Positions 9,330 through 18,589 of a DNA stretch of 64,000 bases are shown piece after piece; positions within the stretch are counted from its first letter, which is position 1, and each line of letters opens with the position of its first letter. Location of the stretch: assembly GCA_964521425.1 (NCBI GenBank), contig CAZFRO010000004.1, positions 209 to 64,208 on the forward strand, given 5' to 3'. The position numbers and the translations under genes are program-made. Origin of the DNA: an uncultured bacterium (lineage in GTDB: Bacteria; Joyebacterota; Joyebacteria; Joyebacterales; Joyebacteraceae). Below the pieces are notes generated by a model. The model searched no databases. It was not told the origin of the DNA and saw nothing but the letters and a program-made list of their open reading frames with translations.

Positions 9330-9902
9330 GTGATCTACTGGGCACTGGTAGTGGGCGCCGGAGTGCTGATCGTGTTGCTCCTGGTCTTCAGGAGAACGAT
9401 GAAGTCGCTCGCGACGCGCCCCGAGAGGATTCTCGCGTTCCTGGCGATGGCGGTTCTTCCCGCCCTCTGGCTCGCGGGAATGATGGGTTACGCCGACCAC
9501 GAGTTCAAGAAGGTCTCCTTCTGTACGCAGTGTCACGAGATGTGGGAGCACGGTGCGAGCCTCACGAGCGACAGCGATGAGTCTCTGGCTGCCGTGCATT
9601 TCAGGAACAATCTCGTTGATCGGGAGACCGCGTGCTACAAGTGTCACACCCGACCCGGGCTGGCCGGGCTTGTGGAAGCCAAGAAGAAGGGTCTGCACGA
9701 TGTCTACGCCCACTATCTTGGCGAGTCCCCGGAGGTTCTCGAGATCCACGGGGAGTACGATACGCATATCTGTCTGAAGTGTCACGGTGAGGCCGAGAGC
9801 TTCCTCACGGGATGGGGCCATGAGGCGATCCTGGAGGAACTGCAATCGGGTGAGATGTCATGCTTGGAGTGCCACGACGTGGCACATGAACTGGATGGTT
9901 AG
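9330..9902 (+). CDS. NapC/NirT/NrfH-family membrane-anchored tetraheme cytochrome c
   Basis: Two N-terminal TM helices; CTQCH, CYKCH, CLKCH, CLECH; FCxxCHEM pattern. Confidence 0.85.
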   Translation: MIYWALVVGAGVLIVLLLVFRRTMKSLATRPERILAFLAMAVLPALWLAGMMGYADHEFKKVSFCTQCHEMWEHGASLTSDSDESLAAVHFRNNLVDRETACYKCHTRPGLAGLVEAKKKGLHDVYAHYLGESPEVLEIHGEYDTHICLKCHGEAESFLTGWGHEAILEELQSGEMSCLECHDVAHELDG

Positions 9903-9903
9903 T

Positions 9904-10119
9904 ATGAAGAGCATGTGGAAGCCATTCGCCGGCAAACCGCCCGTTCACATCATGCGCTGCGGAGTGCTGGCGCAGGTCTTCGGAATCCTCGTCATGTCGG
10001 TCATGCTGTTCACGAAGATCCCGCTTATCACGGTGATCTGCCTTCCGGCGGGCGCGGCTCTCATTCTGCTCGGATGTCTGATCTGGGCGTGGGCCGTGTA
10101 CTGGGTACCCCAGGACTGA
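9904..10119 (+). CDS. small (71 aa) two-TM membrane protein
   Basis: ATG 1 bp after the tetraheme stop; two hydrophobic stretches. Confidence 0.6.
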   Translation: MKSMWKPFAGKPPVHIMRCGVLAQVFGILVMSVMLFTKIPLITVICLPAGAALILLGCLIWAWAVYWVPQD

Positions 10120-10202
10120 ACCGGCAGGGCGAATGTGACGCGGCAGTCGACCGCTTGAACACGTATGAATGACAACGTCAGTGAGGTCCGCTGTCTTGAA
10201 GG

Positions 10203-10238
10203 AGCCCCGGTGCTAGGCCGGGGCTTCGTTGTGTTTGT
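10203..10238 (+). terminator. intrinsic terminator of the cytochrome operon
   Basis: AGCCCCGG-7-CCGGGGCT followed by a T-rich tail; overlaps the convergent MATE stop. Confidence 0.55.
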
Positions 10239-11580
10239 GCTCGCTCAGGAACCGCATCTCCCTGGCAAGGAGCACCAGAGCCAGGGTGGTTGCCCCTATG
10301 GATGCTGCAGGGAATGACACGAAGATCCCGGTGAGTCCGAAGAAGCGCGGCAGGATGAGGACGAGGGGGATGAGGAGAATGACCTGTCGGGCGAGCGAGA
10401 GAGCAATTGCAGAGAGCGCGCGACCGTGAGCCTGCAGGAGTGCCGCGCCCATCATCTGGAATCCGACGAGCGGGAAGGCCGCGATGATGATCCTGAGTGC
10501 CGAAGTGCTCATCTCAATGAGCGCCGCATCTCGTGAGAAGATCCCGAGGATCGACCTCGCGAAGATCATGATCAGAGAGACGGACACCACGCCGAGGACT
10601 GTCGAACGGACGACGGAGAGCCTGAAAGCCTCCTTCGCCTTGGCAAACTTCCCGGCTCCGTAGTTGAAGCCTGCGACGGGCTGGAGAGCCTGCGCAAACC
10701 CCATGATCGGCATGAACATGAAGTGCGAGACCCGGTTGATGATGCCGTAGGCGGCAATCGCAGTGTCCCCGCCGTAGAAGCCGAGACTGCGGTTCAAGAT
10801 GACCAGCACCACGCTTGCCGATACCATGCGGGCGAATGAAGCGAAGCCCACCGCGATCGTCTCGCGAACGATGGCAAGGTCGAGTCGCAGGGACTTGAAT
10901 CTGAGAGAGAGGCCACTGAAGCCGGCGGTGAAGTAGACCAGAACGAACGCTGACGCGCATCCTGTGGCTATCACGGTTGCGATCGCCGCACCCCTGACAC
11001 CCATCCCGAGCCCGAAGATGAAGACGGCATCGAGGACGATGTTGATGCCTGCACTCAGAACCATCGTGGTCATTGCGACCTTGGCCCGGCCTTCGGAACG
11101 TACGATGTTGTTGCTCCCCATCGCGAATGCCCTCAAGGGTATCCCCCAGAGCATTATGAGCAGATAGTCCCTGGCGTAGGGGAGGAGCTTCTCGCTGGAT
11201 CCCAGAAGGAGAAGAAGATCGTCGGCGAACATGAAGCCTGCGAACATGAGTGCTGCGGAGATGAGGACGATCAATGAGACGACATTGCCGAGCGTTCTTT
11301 CTGCCCGCGCTGCATTGCCCGCCCCGAGCGCCCGGGAGATGATCGATGCGCCACCCATCCCTATCATGTGACCGATAGCCATCACGAGCATCTGGATGGG
11401 GAAGACGAGCGCGATCCCACCGATACCGAGCGGACCGACAGCGTGCCCGATGAAGATCGTGTCCACGAGTCCATAGGTTGCCATGACGGCCATGCCCACG
11501 GTGGCCGGTATCGTTAGCCGCCAGAGGAGCACACCGATGTTCTCGTCACCGAGGATGTGGTTCTTGGGCCCGTTCGGCAT
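10213..11580 (-). CDS. MATE-family efflux transporter
   Basis: About 12 TM; LVDTIFIG, RSEGRAK, QPVAGFNYGA. GGGAG RBS supports ATG 11580. Confidence 0.92.
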   Translation of the reverse strand: MPNGPKNHILGDENIGVLLWRLTIPATVGMAVMATYGLVDTIFIGHAVGPLGIGGIALVFPIQMLVMAIGHMIGMGGASIISRALGAGNAARAERTLGNVVSLIVLISAALMFAGFMFADDLLLLLGSSEKLLPYARDYLLIMLWGIPLRAFAMGSNNIVRSEGRAKVAMTTMVLSAGINIVLDAVFIFGLGMGVRGAAIATVIATGCASAFVLVYFTAGFSGLSLRFKSLRLDLAIVRETIAVGFASFARMVSASVVLVILNRSLGFYGGDTAIAAYGIINRVSHFMFMPIMGFAQALQPVAGFNYGAGKFAKAKEAFRLSVVRSTVLGVVSVSLIMIFARSILGIFSRDAALIEMSTSALRIIIAAFPLVGFQMMGAALLQAHGRALSAIALSLARQVILLIPLVLILPRFFGLTGIFVSFPAASIGATTLALVLLAREMRFLSEHKHNEAPA

Positions 11581-11760
11581 GGATCTCCCATCGTGTGCAC
11601 CGAGCATCTCAAGCCTGGACGCTTGGAGAGCAGCGGTGTCGGCCACTGAATGCTCGAAACGTACACGAGAGAGGGCGCATATGCAACTTCTCTCAGTGTG
11701 TAGCTATGCGACCCTGTGTGGAATGGTGTGTTGGCTGAATTCCGGATGCGTGGCTTGAAC

Positions 11761-11803
11761 CATGAAAAGAGAACCGCCCGGAAGGCTATAGCTTCCGGGC
11801 GGT
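11761..11803 (-). terminator. intrinsic terminator downstream of the PEP-CTERM pseudogene
   Basis: 12-bp stem ACCGCCCGGAAG/CTTCCGGGCGGT; TCTCTTTT follows on the minus strand. Confidence 0.7.
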
Positions 11804-11841
11804 CATATGTTTCGATATCAAGTCTAGTACTTGGGTCTCTG

Positions 11842-12536
11842 CTACTTGCGACGCCTTCTCACTGCGATGAGGCCTGCAAGGCCCGTGCTCATGAGCAGGA
11901 GTGTTGCCGGCTCGGGCACTGGCGGTACCTCATGGGTGTCGGGCACGAGGATATGGTACTCGATCGAACCATCCGCGGCCGCATCGATCGGATCGTAGTC
12001 ACCCGCCGTGAACCCGGTGTTGAAGGCGGTGTTGAAACCCTGTCCGCCGGCTTCTCCATCCTTGGCGTAGAAGTCACCCCAGACAGGAACGCGGAAGCTG
12101 TCGAATTCAAGGCTGGTATTGAGCCCCCACGCTTCATCAAACTTGATGCCGTAGATATCCTCAGGCATGTTGAAGTTCCCTGACCCGACCTCATGGGTTC
12201 CGATATCGATGCCCTCGAAGTCGCCATGCTCTCCGAAGATGTCGTTCCGGGTGAACGTGTCGGAGACCTCAAGGATGAAATGACTGGTCTCTCCCACCTC
12301 ATGCCCGAAGTAGTAGGCGTAGTGCCAGGAGGTATCCACGTTCTGGGTAACGTTCCACTCAATCCAGATCGAGTTTTCCCCGTGGAACCAGTTGCCGGTT
12401 CCGGTGAGGCCGCCCCCGGTGGGCAGCTACCGGGGCTCCTTCCAATCCTCTATGGACTCGCCGGCGCTAATTCCAGCCACCGCCGCTCACTTTCGAGAAG
12501 GCTAACGGTCAGTAAGATGCTCCACCTTCGCAACAT
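11842..12536 (-). pseudogene. disrupted PEP-CTERM protein
   Basis: C-terminal VPEPATLLLMSTGLAGLIAVRRRRK. RBS, ATG 12536 and a signal peptide lie in another frame (frameshift near 12490). In-frame TAG at 12427-12429. Confidence 0.7.
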
Positions 12537-13062
12537 CTCTTCCCCCTTCCAACACCACGAAGCTCCGTGGTGTTTCAAAAACGGCCCAATAATCTCCATG
12601 GTCTGCCCGTAGACCTCCCTTCGGAAAGCCCACTGCCACGCAGATGTATCCGAGCCGGTTCCGGCCATATTCTGCCTCAGAGTTCAACAGGACAGACCTG
12701 TCACGGGCGGAATAGAGTCGGAGTTCCATGGGAGAGTCGGTCAACAATATCGGTCCTCCGTACAAGGTCTCTCCCAAAGCTGTGACCAACTGGAACACGG
12801 TTTCACTCCCCCAGAGAACACCTTGCTCTGGAGGATCGACATGGAGCCAGAGCCAATCATGAGGATCTGCGAACATGGCCGCATGCCACTTCATCCCTCC
12901 GTGCTCATGGAATCTCATTTCATCCGAAGTGTAGTTCGACCAATAGAGCTTGCGTTCCGAGAACATGCCCTTGACCCGGACAGTCGCCCCCTCTTCGCTC
13001 ACGGTCTCGAACTCATACCCCACACGGCCCCCCTGTGCATCTCTCGGCAGGCAAGAGACCAA
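12502..13062 (-). CDS. hypothetical protein (start uncertain, possibly frameshifted 5' end)
   Basis: 186-aa ORF in a co-oriented cassette; signal-like segment just upstream in frame has no start codon; no recognisable domain. Confidence 0.4.
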   Translation of the reverse strand: MVSCLPRDAQGGRVGYEFETVSEEGATVRVKGMFSERKLYWSNYTSDEMRFHEHGGMKWHAAMFADPHDWLWLHVDPPEQGVLWGSETVFQLVTALGETLYGGPILLTDSPMELRLYSARDRSVLLNSEAEYGRNRLGYICVAVGFPKGGLRADHGDYWAVFETPRSFVVLEGGRDVAKVEHLTDR

Positions 13063-13240
13063 GATGGCAGCGATTGCCGTCGAACGGAACGCAAGTCATC
13101 GGCAGATAGAGCACACCATCCACAGACATAGCCCAGAACGGCTCGCCATCGCACAATCCAGTCCATGGACCAGAAGATGCGCCGATGATGATGGTGCCGC
13201 CAAACAGGATCAGACCTGTCACGATGCGGGCCAGTGTCAT
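13013..13240 (-). CDS. small hypothetical secreted protein
   Basis: ATG 1 bp after the upstream stop; hydrophobic N-terminus. Confidence 0.4.
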   Translation of the reverse strand: MTLARIVTGLILFGGTIIIGASSGPWTGLCDGEPFWAMSVDGVLYLPMTCVPFDGNRCHLGLLPAERCTGGPCGV

Positions 13241-13241
13241 G

Positions 13242-13646
13242 CTATTGCTTCCTCACTTCGCAAGGGCCACCATACAACCCGAGCCACCAGAACATCCCGC
13301 TCTCGCATCGGTCGAGGATATCCTGCTCCACGGTCTCACCTCCGACCGAAAGAATGGTCTTCAAGCGATACCACAACGGGAGGTGGGAATCAGCTGTCAG
13401 GCTGACCGAATGAACCTCTCCCGCTCCGATGTGAATGATGTCAGTGAGGAAATCCTCATACCCGCCGGCGCCGATTTTCCGCTCAATCGTATAGATCACC
13501 CCGACGCCTTCCGGGTAATCATTCCCGAGACTATCAGCTGCCGTGCCATCCCATTCGAATACATGGTCAGGAGACAGACTCACAGCTGCACATCCGATTG
13601 TGGCGACCATCAGAACGATAGCCAATGCCATAACTGCAACACGCAT
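13242..13646 (-). CDS. hypothetical secreted protein or lipoprotein (134 aa)
   Basis: AAGGAGG RBS before ATG 13646; signal peptide MRVAVMALAIVLMVATIGC. This is the real 3' part of the long 13242..14792 shadow ORF. Confidence 0.65.
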   Translation of the reverse strand: MRVAVMALAIVLMVATIGCAAVSLSPDHVFEWDGTAADSLGNDYPEGVGVIYTIERKIGAGGYEDFLTDIIHIGAGEVHSVSLTADSHLPLWYRLKTILSVGGETVEQDILDRCESGMFWWLGLYGGPCEVRKQ

Positions 13647-13718
13647 TAGAGCCTCCTTACTGAACAATTCGAGCGTCCGATCGATCTTCTCTTCGGACTC
13701 CCCGGCTAGGCGATCTGG

Positions 13719-14927
13719 TTGCAATTCCTCACGCACGCGGATGTAGTTGTCCACATATTCCGTGTAGCCTCTGTGCCTCATGGCAATATTGTGCCACCGG
13801 ACAATCTTCCTCAGCGCCCTCACCTTCCGGTCGCTCCATCCGGCGCCACCCTTTTCGAGGCGGGGGAATTCCACATCGGGAACGCGGCCAGTACCGGCTT
13901 TGCAGTCTACGCAACCAGCGTCGGCACGGCCGACTTGATGCGGGGTTATCATAGCGGCACCAGCGGCAACGCAGCTGACCTCGACATTGCCGATGTCGGC
14001 AACAGCTCGGCCGTTGTTGATGCCAGGACAACAGGTGCAGGGCCGGCACACTATGGCGAGACGGCCGGTCCGTACGCGGTCGAGGTGTATTCTGACTATG
14101 AGAGCTTCGACACGCACGTGGTCCACGCGGAGTACACGGTGACGGGCAACCATGACGCCGTAGCGGTCTACGGCTATTCCGTCCCAGCAGATCAATTCGG
14201 GTACGGAGGCTATTTCGAGGGCGGGTACAGGGGAGTGTACGGTAAGGTCATTCCCACAGGGATTGGTGGCTACTACGGAGTGCGCGGTTATGTTAGCGGC
14301 GGCAGCGGGACAAACTACGCCGTCTCCGGCTACGTTGTCGGTGGCGCAACGAACTGGGCCGGCTACTTCAGCGGTAACGTCAGCGTCATCGGCACTCTGT
14401 CCAAGGGCGGCGGTGCGTTCAAGATCGACCACCCCCTCGACCCCGCGAACAAGTACCTCTACCACTCGTTCGTGGAGAGCCCCGATATGATGAACGTGTA
14501 CAACGGCAACGTCGTCCTGGATTCCTCGGGTGAAGCCTGGGTCGAACTCCCGGAATGGTTCGACGCTCTGAACCGGGACTTCCGGTATCAGCTGACCGCT
14601 ATCGGTGCACCCGGTCCTAATCTCTATGTCGCCGACGAGATCTCGGGCAACCGCTTCAAGGTCGCCGGCGGTGACCCAGGCCTCAAGATCTCCTGGCAGG
14701 TGACCGGCATCCGTCAGGACAGGTTCGCCGAGGAGAACCGGATTCCGGTGGAAGAGGTGAAGTCCGACAGGGAGCGCGGCAGGTACATGCATCCCGAGGC
14801 CTACGGCCTACCCCGAACGATGAGCGTCGACTATGACGAGCGGGAGGAACAGCAGCTGGCTGATGAGACAGCGAGCACTCGGAAGCCCCGGTCTGCGACG
14901 GAAGAGGTAGAACCGGACGACGACTAG
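13719..14927 (+). CDS. Gly-rich tail-fibre-like protein with FKIDHPLDP C-terminal domain, probably 5'-truncated
   Basis: GVYG/GYF repeats; FKIDHPLDPANKYLYHSFVESPDMMNVYNG...FRYQLTAIG. No RBS or signal peptide at the 5' end. Confidence 0.65.
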   Translation: MQFLTHADVVVHIFRVASVPHGNIVPPDNLPQRPHLPVAPSGATLFEAGEFHIGNAASTGFAVYATSVGTADLMRGYHSGTSGNAADLDIADVGNSSAVVDARTTGAGPAHYGETAGPYAVEVYSDYESFDTHVVHAEYTVTGNHDAVAVYGYSVPADQFGYGGYFEGGYRGVYGKVIPTGIGGYYGVRGYVSGGSGTNYAVSGYVVGGATNWAGYFSGNVSVIGTLSKGGGAFKIDHPLDPANKYLYHSFVESPDMMNVYNGNVVLDSSGEAWVELPEWFDALNRDFRYQLTAIGAPGPNLYVADEISGNRFKVAGGDPGLKISWQVTGIRQDRFAEENRIPVEEVKSDRERGRYMHPEAYGLPRTMSVDYDEREEQQLADETASTRKPRSATEEVEPDDD

Positions 14928-14982
14928 GGAGGCGGATACAGGCTGGGGTGCGTAACCCAGCCATCAGACTGGACACCAGATG

Positions 14983-15018
14983 AAGAGGCCCAGCGGATTT
15001 CCACCCGCCGGGCCTCTT
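14983..15018. terminator. bidirectional terminator between convergent genes
   Basis: AAGAGGCCC...GGGCCTCTT inverted repeat. Confidence 0.6.
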
Positions 15019-15049
15019 GTTGTTCCGTATGGCGCCCTCAGGCGCCCCT

Positions 15050-16990
15050 CTACCTGAGAAGCACCGTCTTGCGCGACTGCCGCCACTCGCCGGCGTCCGC
15101 GCGTATGAGGTAGATGCCTGATGCAACGAGTTCACCGCGGTCATCCGTGCCGTCCCACGGCACAGAATGGTCCCCTGCACTCAGGACTCCTGAGACAAGA
15201 GTCTTCACGAGTCTGCCGGAGACATCGAACACAAGCACCCTGGTCGCAGTTGCTGTCGGGAGCGACAGCTGGAGCACCGTAGCGTTCGTGAACGGGTTGG
15301 GCCTGCCTGGAGCGAGCGCAAATCGCGTGGGGTCGGACGGCACCGATGTGCCGCTCAGGGGACATGCACTCAGGTGGATGGTGAGATCGTCTTGCACCAC
15401 TCCACCGACTATGCCCGAAAGGTCGCGCGTGCTGAATGTGAGGATCGCTTCGTAGACAACGCCCGTCGGCGCCGAGACGTCGTCGAATACCACCCCGTAG
15501 TACGCGGGAGTCGATCCTGCTTCCTGGCTGGAGAAACCGCCGGCGATCGAGAAGAACCCTCCGCCGCCCACGATTTCGGCATCGTAGATCTCAAGCAGCG
15601 CTTGGAGGCTGTCGTATTCGAAGTTGTGGATGTCGATTCCCGCCTCGTCGAAATCGCCGGAGTCGTGTGTACCGAAATCGAGAGTGTTGACGAGGAGGAT
15701 CTCCGCCGCCGCAAGCGACGGCGCGGCGTGATTGAGCACCGTTCCAGAGAGAGCGATGCTCGCTGATGGCTGGTCGACATCGTTCGACGACACCGTCAGG
15801 TTACCTGCCTGCGCGCCGGCCGAGGAAGTGCTCATCGAGATAGTGTGTCCGCTGCTTCCACCGGAGGGCTCAGAGAAACCACCGCCGGGTGCTGTGAAAC
15901 CGGAAGGGGCGCCGAACGAGTAGTCGAGATCGTCCGCCGGTGAGATGGCGGAGTTGCCGACAGAGAGGATCTCCTCTGCGGTTGCACCGACGATCACATC
16001 GCCGAAGGCGAGTGATGACACGTAGTCGAGTTTCGCCGGCACCTGGAAGTCCGCGTAGACCGGGATGTGATCGGACGCTTCGTGAAGCGCATCGGCGATG
16101 ACCGACCCCACGGCGTAGTTCGTGCCGTAGTTGATGGCCTGGTTGAAGTGATAGCCGTCATTGCCGTAGGCAACGTGGCTTCCGGAAACGTACGAGAGGC
16201 CGTCACCGTCATCGAGAGCAGCGGAGATAAGAAGCAGGTCGAAACGGTCATCCATCCCGCCCGTTGCGCCTCCGCCGAACTGCGTTGTGCGTGGAGACTG
16301 CGTGTGGATGTACCTGTATGTGTAGCTGTCGTGCCAGGTCCCAGGCTGGTTGATGGGGTCCCACACCCGACCGTTGTTGTTCGCCTCACTTCCCACCAGC
16401 TTCTGGTATGCGGTCTCGGAACTTGCTCTGATGTTGTAATCGCCGGCGATGATGAAGTGGGTGCCGGGATTGTGATTGTTCGTGTGGTTCCTGAGTATCG
16501 TCGCCTCAGCCAGGCGCTTCGTCTTATCCGATGAAGTGGATCCGGCCTTCAAGTGGAGAGAGTAGACCGTGAGCTCCGCATCGGACGAGCTATAGCCTAC
16601 GGGGCGGAGGACGTACTCGGAGATGTTCCTGAGCGCCGTCGATATCTCCTGGTGGGAGATGTAGTCCACGGTGGCCGTGCGGTAGAAGAGGGCATTGTCG
16701 GTATCGTAGCCGTTCACGAACGGCCCGGCTGCGTATGTCCCCGGTACCGTGTAGTTCAGGATATCGTTCAGGAACTGGTTCGTGCCCGTCTGGCTGAGCA
16801 TCTCCTGCACGACGATTATGTCCGCGTCGAGTTCGTCCATGACCGTTACGAAGTCATCCTCACGGGCCGAGCCGGTTGAGCCGGGGAAGTTGAGTACATT
16901 GTACGTGACTACCCTGAGGCCGAGTGCCGTCTGGGGAAGAAGCGTGACGAGCAAGATCGCCACAAGTGTCAGGGCTTTCCCATATCGCAT
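15050..16990 (-). CDS. secreted endonuclease/exonuclease/phosphatase-family protein with Ig-like domains and FlgD-Ig/T9SS-like tail
   Basis: VVTYNVLNF, VVQE, HLKA, AGDYN, DRFD, SDHIPV; tail RPNPF...YLIR...KTVLLR. GGAGAG RBS. Confidence 0.85.
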   Translation of the reverse strand: MRYGKALTLVAILLVTLLPQTALGLRVVTYNVLNFPGSTGSAREDDFVTVMDELDADIIVVQEMLSQTGTNQFLNDILNYTVPGTYAAGPFVNGYDTDNALFYRTATVDYISHQEISTALRNISEYVLRPVGYSSSDAELTVYSLHLKAGSTSSDKTKRLAEATILRNHTNNHNPGTHFIIAGDYNIRASSETAYQKLVGSEANNNGRVWDPINQPGTWHDSYTYRYIHTQSPRTTQFGGGATGGMDDRFDLLLISAALDDGDGLSYVSGSHVAYGNDGYHFNQAINYGTNYAVGSVIADALHEASDHIPVYADFQVPAKLDYVSSLAFGDVIVGATAEEILSVGNSAISPADDLDYSFGAPSGFTAPGGGFSEPSGGSSGHTISMSTSSAGAQAGNLTVSSNDVDQPSASIALSGTVLNHAAPSLAAAEILLVNTLDFGTHDSGDFDEAGIDIHNFEYDSLQALLEIYDAEIVGGGGFFSIAGGFSSQEAGSTPAYYGVVFDDVSAPTGVVYEAILTFSTRDLSGIVGGVVQDDLTIHLSACPLSGTSVPSDPTRFALAPGRPNPFTNATVLQLSLPTATATRVLVFDVSGRLVKTLVSGVLSAGDHSVPWDGTDDRGELVASGIYLIRADAGEWRQSRKTVLLR

Positions 16991-17034
16991 GTATCTCTCC
17001 TGGGGGTGTGGATGGAATATGACTCTATCCTCAT

Positions 17035-17063
17035 AATATACCACAATTAGCACAATCTAGCAA
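17035..17063 (-). promoter_or_regulatory. sigma70-type promoter of the secreted EEP-family gene
   Basis: TTGCTA-17 bp-TATATT with TG extension. Confidence 0.5.
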
Positions 17064-17091
17064 GTGATAGGTCTCGTGCCCCCGCTCGCAT

Positions 17092-18390
17092 CTACCGGAG
17101 CAGCACCAGCTTCGCACTCTCCGCGAAACCAGGGGTCAGAGAGCGGACAAGATAGACGCCTGAGGCAAGCCGCCTCCCGTCCCTGTCCGTCCCGCCCCAC
17201 GTCACAGCGAAGGTATTGTCTTCGACTCGCGGCGCTGAGATGTTCGAGACGAGACGCCCTCCTATAGTATAGATGCCGATCTCAGCATGTGGGGTTCGAC
17301 TCTGTTGAACCAGTTCGATGGAGATAGTATGGCCCGATGGATTGGGTGAGACGGAGATGATCGCCGGCCGCGCCCCTGAGTGTAGATCTCCAGCCGGCAC
17401 ATCTGTGGAGCCACCGCAGGGGCAGGCCGCCGGCCAGGCTCCTATCGTGGAGCCTCCTTCGCCGGCTCCGACACAGGGCGACGACTCATCGAGGCAGAAC
17501 GCCCCCATGGACGCATCGCAGAACCCAGGGTCGACGTAGATATTGTCGTGGTAATCGCCGCAGAGACTGTCACCGCCTGCGTTTCCATACACGCAGCAGT
17601 GGGAGATGGTGAAGCTGCCGGCACCTGGGCAGTAGACGGCAGTCCCCTCCGGGCTGAATGACAGGATGGTGTTCGTGATGAGGGGCGATGCATCGTATCC
17701 GTAGATGGCGCCTCCCTGCGGGGCTGAGTTTCCATAGAACGTGCAGTCCCGGATCACGGGGGAGGAGTAGCAGCAGTAGACGGCGCCACCGTAAACGGGG
17801 GCCGTGTTGCCGTAGAACGTGCACCTGCTGAGTTTGGCGCCGATTCGCAGGATGCGGATCCCGCCGCCGCCTTGAAGTGCGGTGTTGTTCGCGAACACGC
17901 AGTCTATGAGCACCGCGGGGGAGTCGGCGCAGTACATGCCCGCTCCCTCCGGGGCAGTGCAGCTGTCGAAGTGACAGTCGACGATTTCAGGAGAGGAGTC
18001 GAGACAGAGGATCCCGCCACCGCGCACGCTGTCGTACCCGTTCTCGATTCTGAACCCGCGCACGACCGACGTAGTGTCCTCGGCGCTCGAGAACAGAAAC
18101 GCGCGCGAGTCGCCTCCGCAGTCTATGGTAGTCGAGTCGGATCCGGCGCTCGAAGCAACGACGATTGCCTTCCCCCCGAAGTCCAGATCGGTGTTCGAGG
18201 GTCCGGAGTACGTGCCGGGAAGGACCATAACGGTGTCGCCGTGATCGGCTGCCTGAATCCCCTCAGCAATGCTCACATAGTCGCCACCGCCGGCTGCGTC
18301 CACCGTGATCGTGGCGGCAAGCCCTGGGCCTGCTGCGAGAAGGATGGCGACGATCGTGAGCCGCGCATCTCTGGACATCGGCGTGAGCAT
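17092..18390 (-). CDS. secreted right-handed beta-helix repeat protein with FlgD-Ig/T9SS-like tail
   Basis: ATITVD..GGGDYVSIAEGI, repeated CTFYGNxAxxGGAIY, tail SPNP...KLVLLR. Start 18390 or 18378. Confidence 0.8.
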   Translation of the reverse strand: MLTPMSRDARLTIVAILLAAGPGLAATITVDAAGGGDYVSIAEGIQAADHGDTVMVLPGTYSGPSNTDLDFGGKAIVVASSAGSDSTTIDCGGDSRAFLFSSAEDTTSVVRGFRIENGYDSVRGGGILCLDSSPEIVDCHFDSCTAPEGAGMYCADSPAVLIDCVFANNTALQGGGGIRILRIGAKLSRCTFYGNTAPVYGGAVYCCYSSPVIRDCTFYGNSAPQGGAIYGYDASPLITNTILSFSPEGTAVYCPGAGSFTISHCCVYGNAGGDSLCGDYHDNIYVDPGFCDASMGAFCLDESSPCVGAGEGGSTIGAWPAACPCGGSTDVPAGDLHSGARPAIISVSPNPSGHTISIELVQQSRTPHAEIGIYTIGGRLVSNISAPRVEDNTFAVTWGGTDRDGRRLASGVYLVRSLTPGFAESAKLVLLR

Positions 18391-18589
18391 ACCGGTCTCC
18401 ATGTGGCCGTCAGGTGGATACACTCATCATGTGAGCATATCACATTACTTGCCATGTTGCAATAATGATGAATCGTGGCCGCCTGTTGTCCCGCTCGTCG
18501 CGATAGCGTAGGATTGCCTGAATGTGTACAACGCTGGTGTGCGTGGGGGCCGGAGAGCCAGCGCCACCCGAAACGCTCGACAGCACCGG

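Noticed and set aside
13781-13796. TGGCAATATTGTGCCA as a sigma54 promoter for the PEP-CTERM cassette
   Set aside because: GG-to-GC spacing is 9 on both strands, and sigma54 needs 10. The site also lies within a coding region.
13647-14792. 516-aa minus-strand ORF 13242..14792 as one gene
   Set aside because: The upstream part is the antisense shadow of the + strand tail-fibre-like gene. Only 13242..13646 has an RBS and a protein-like sequence.
13719-14927. Prophage suggested by the tail-fibre-like gene
   Set aside because: No integrase, terminase, capsid, lysis or other phage genes nearby.
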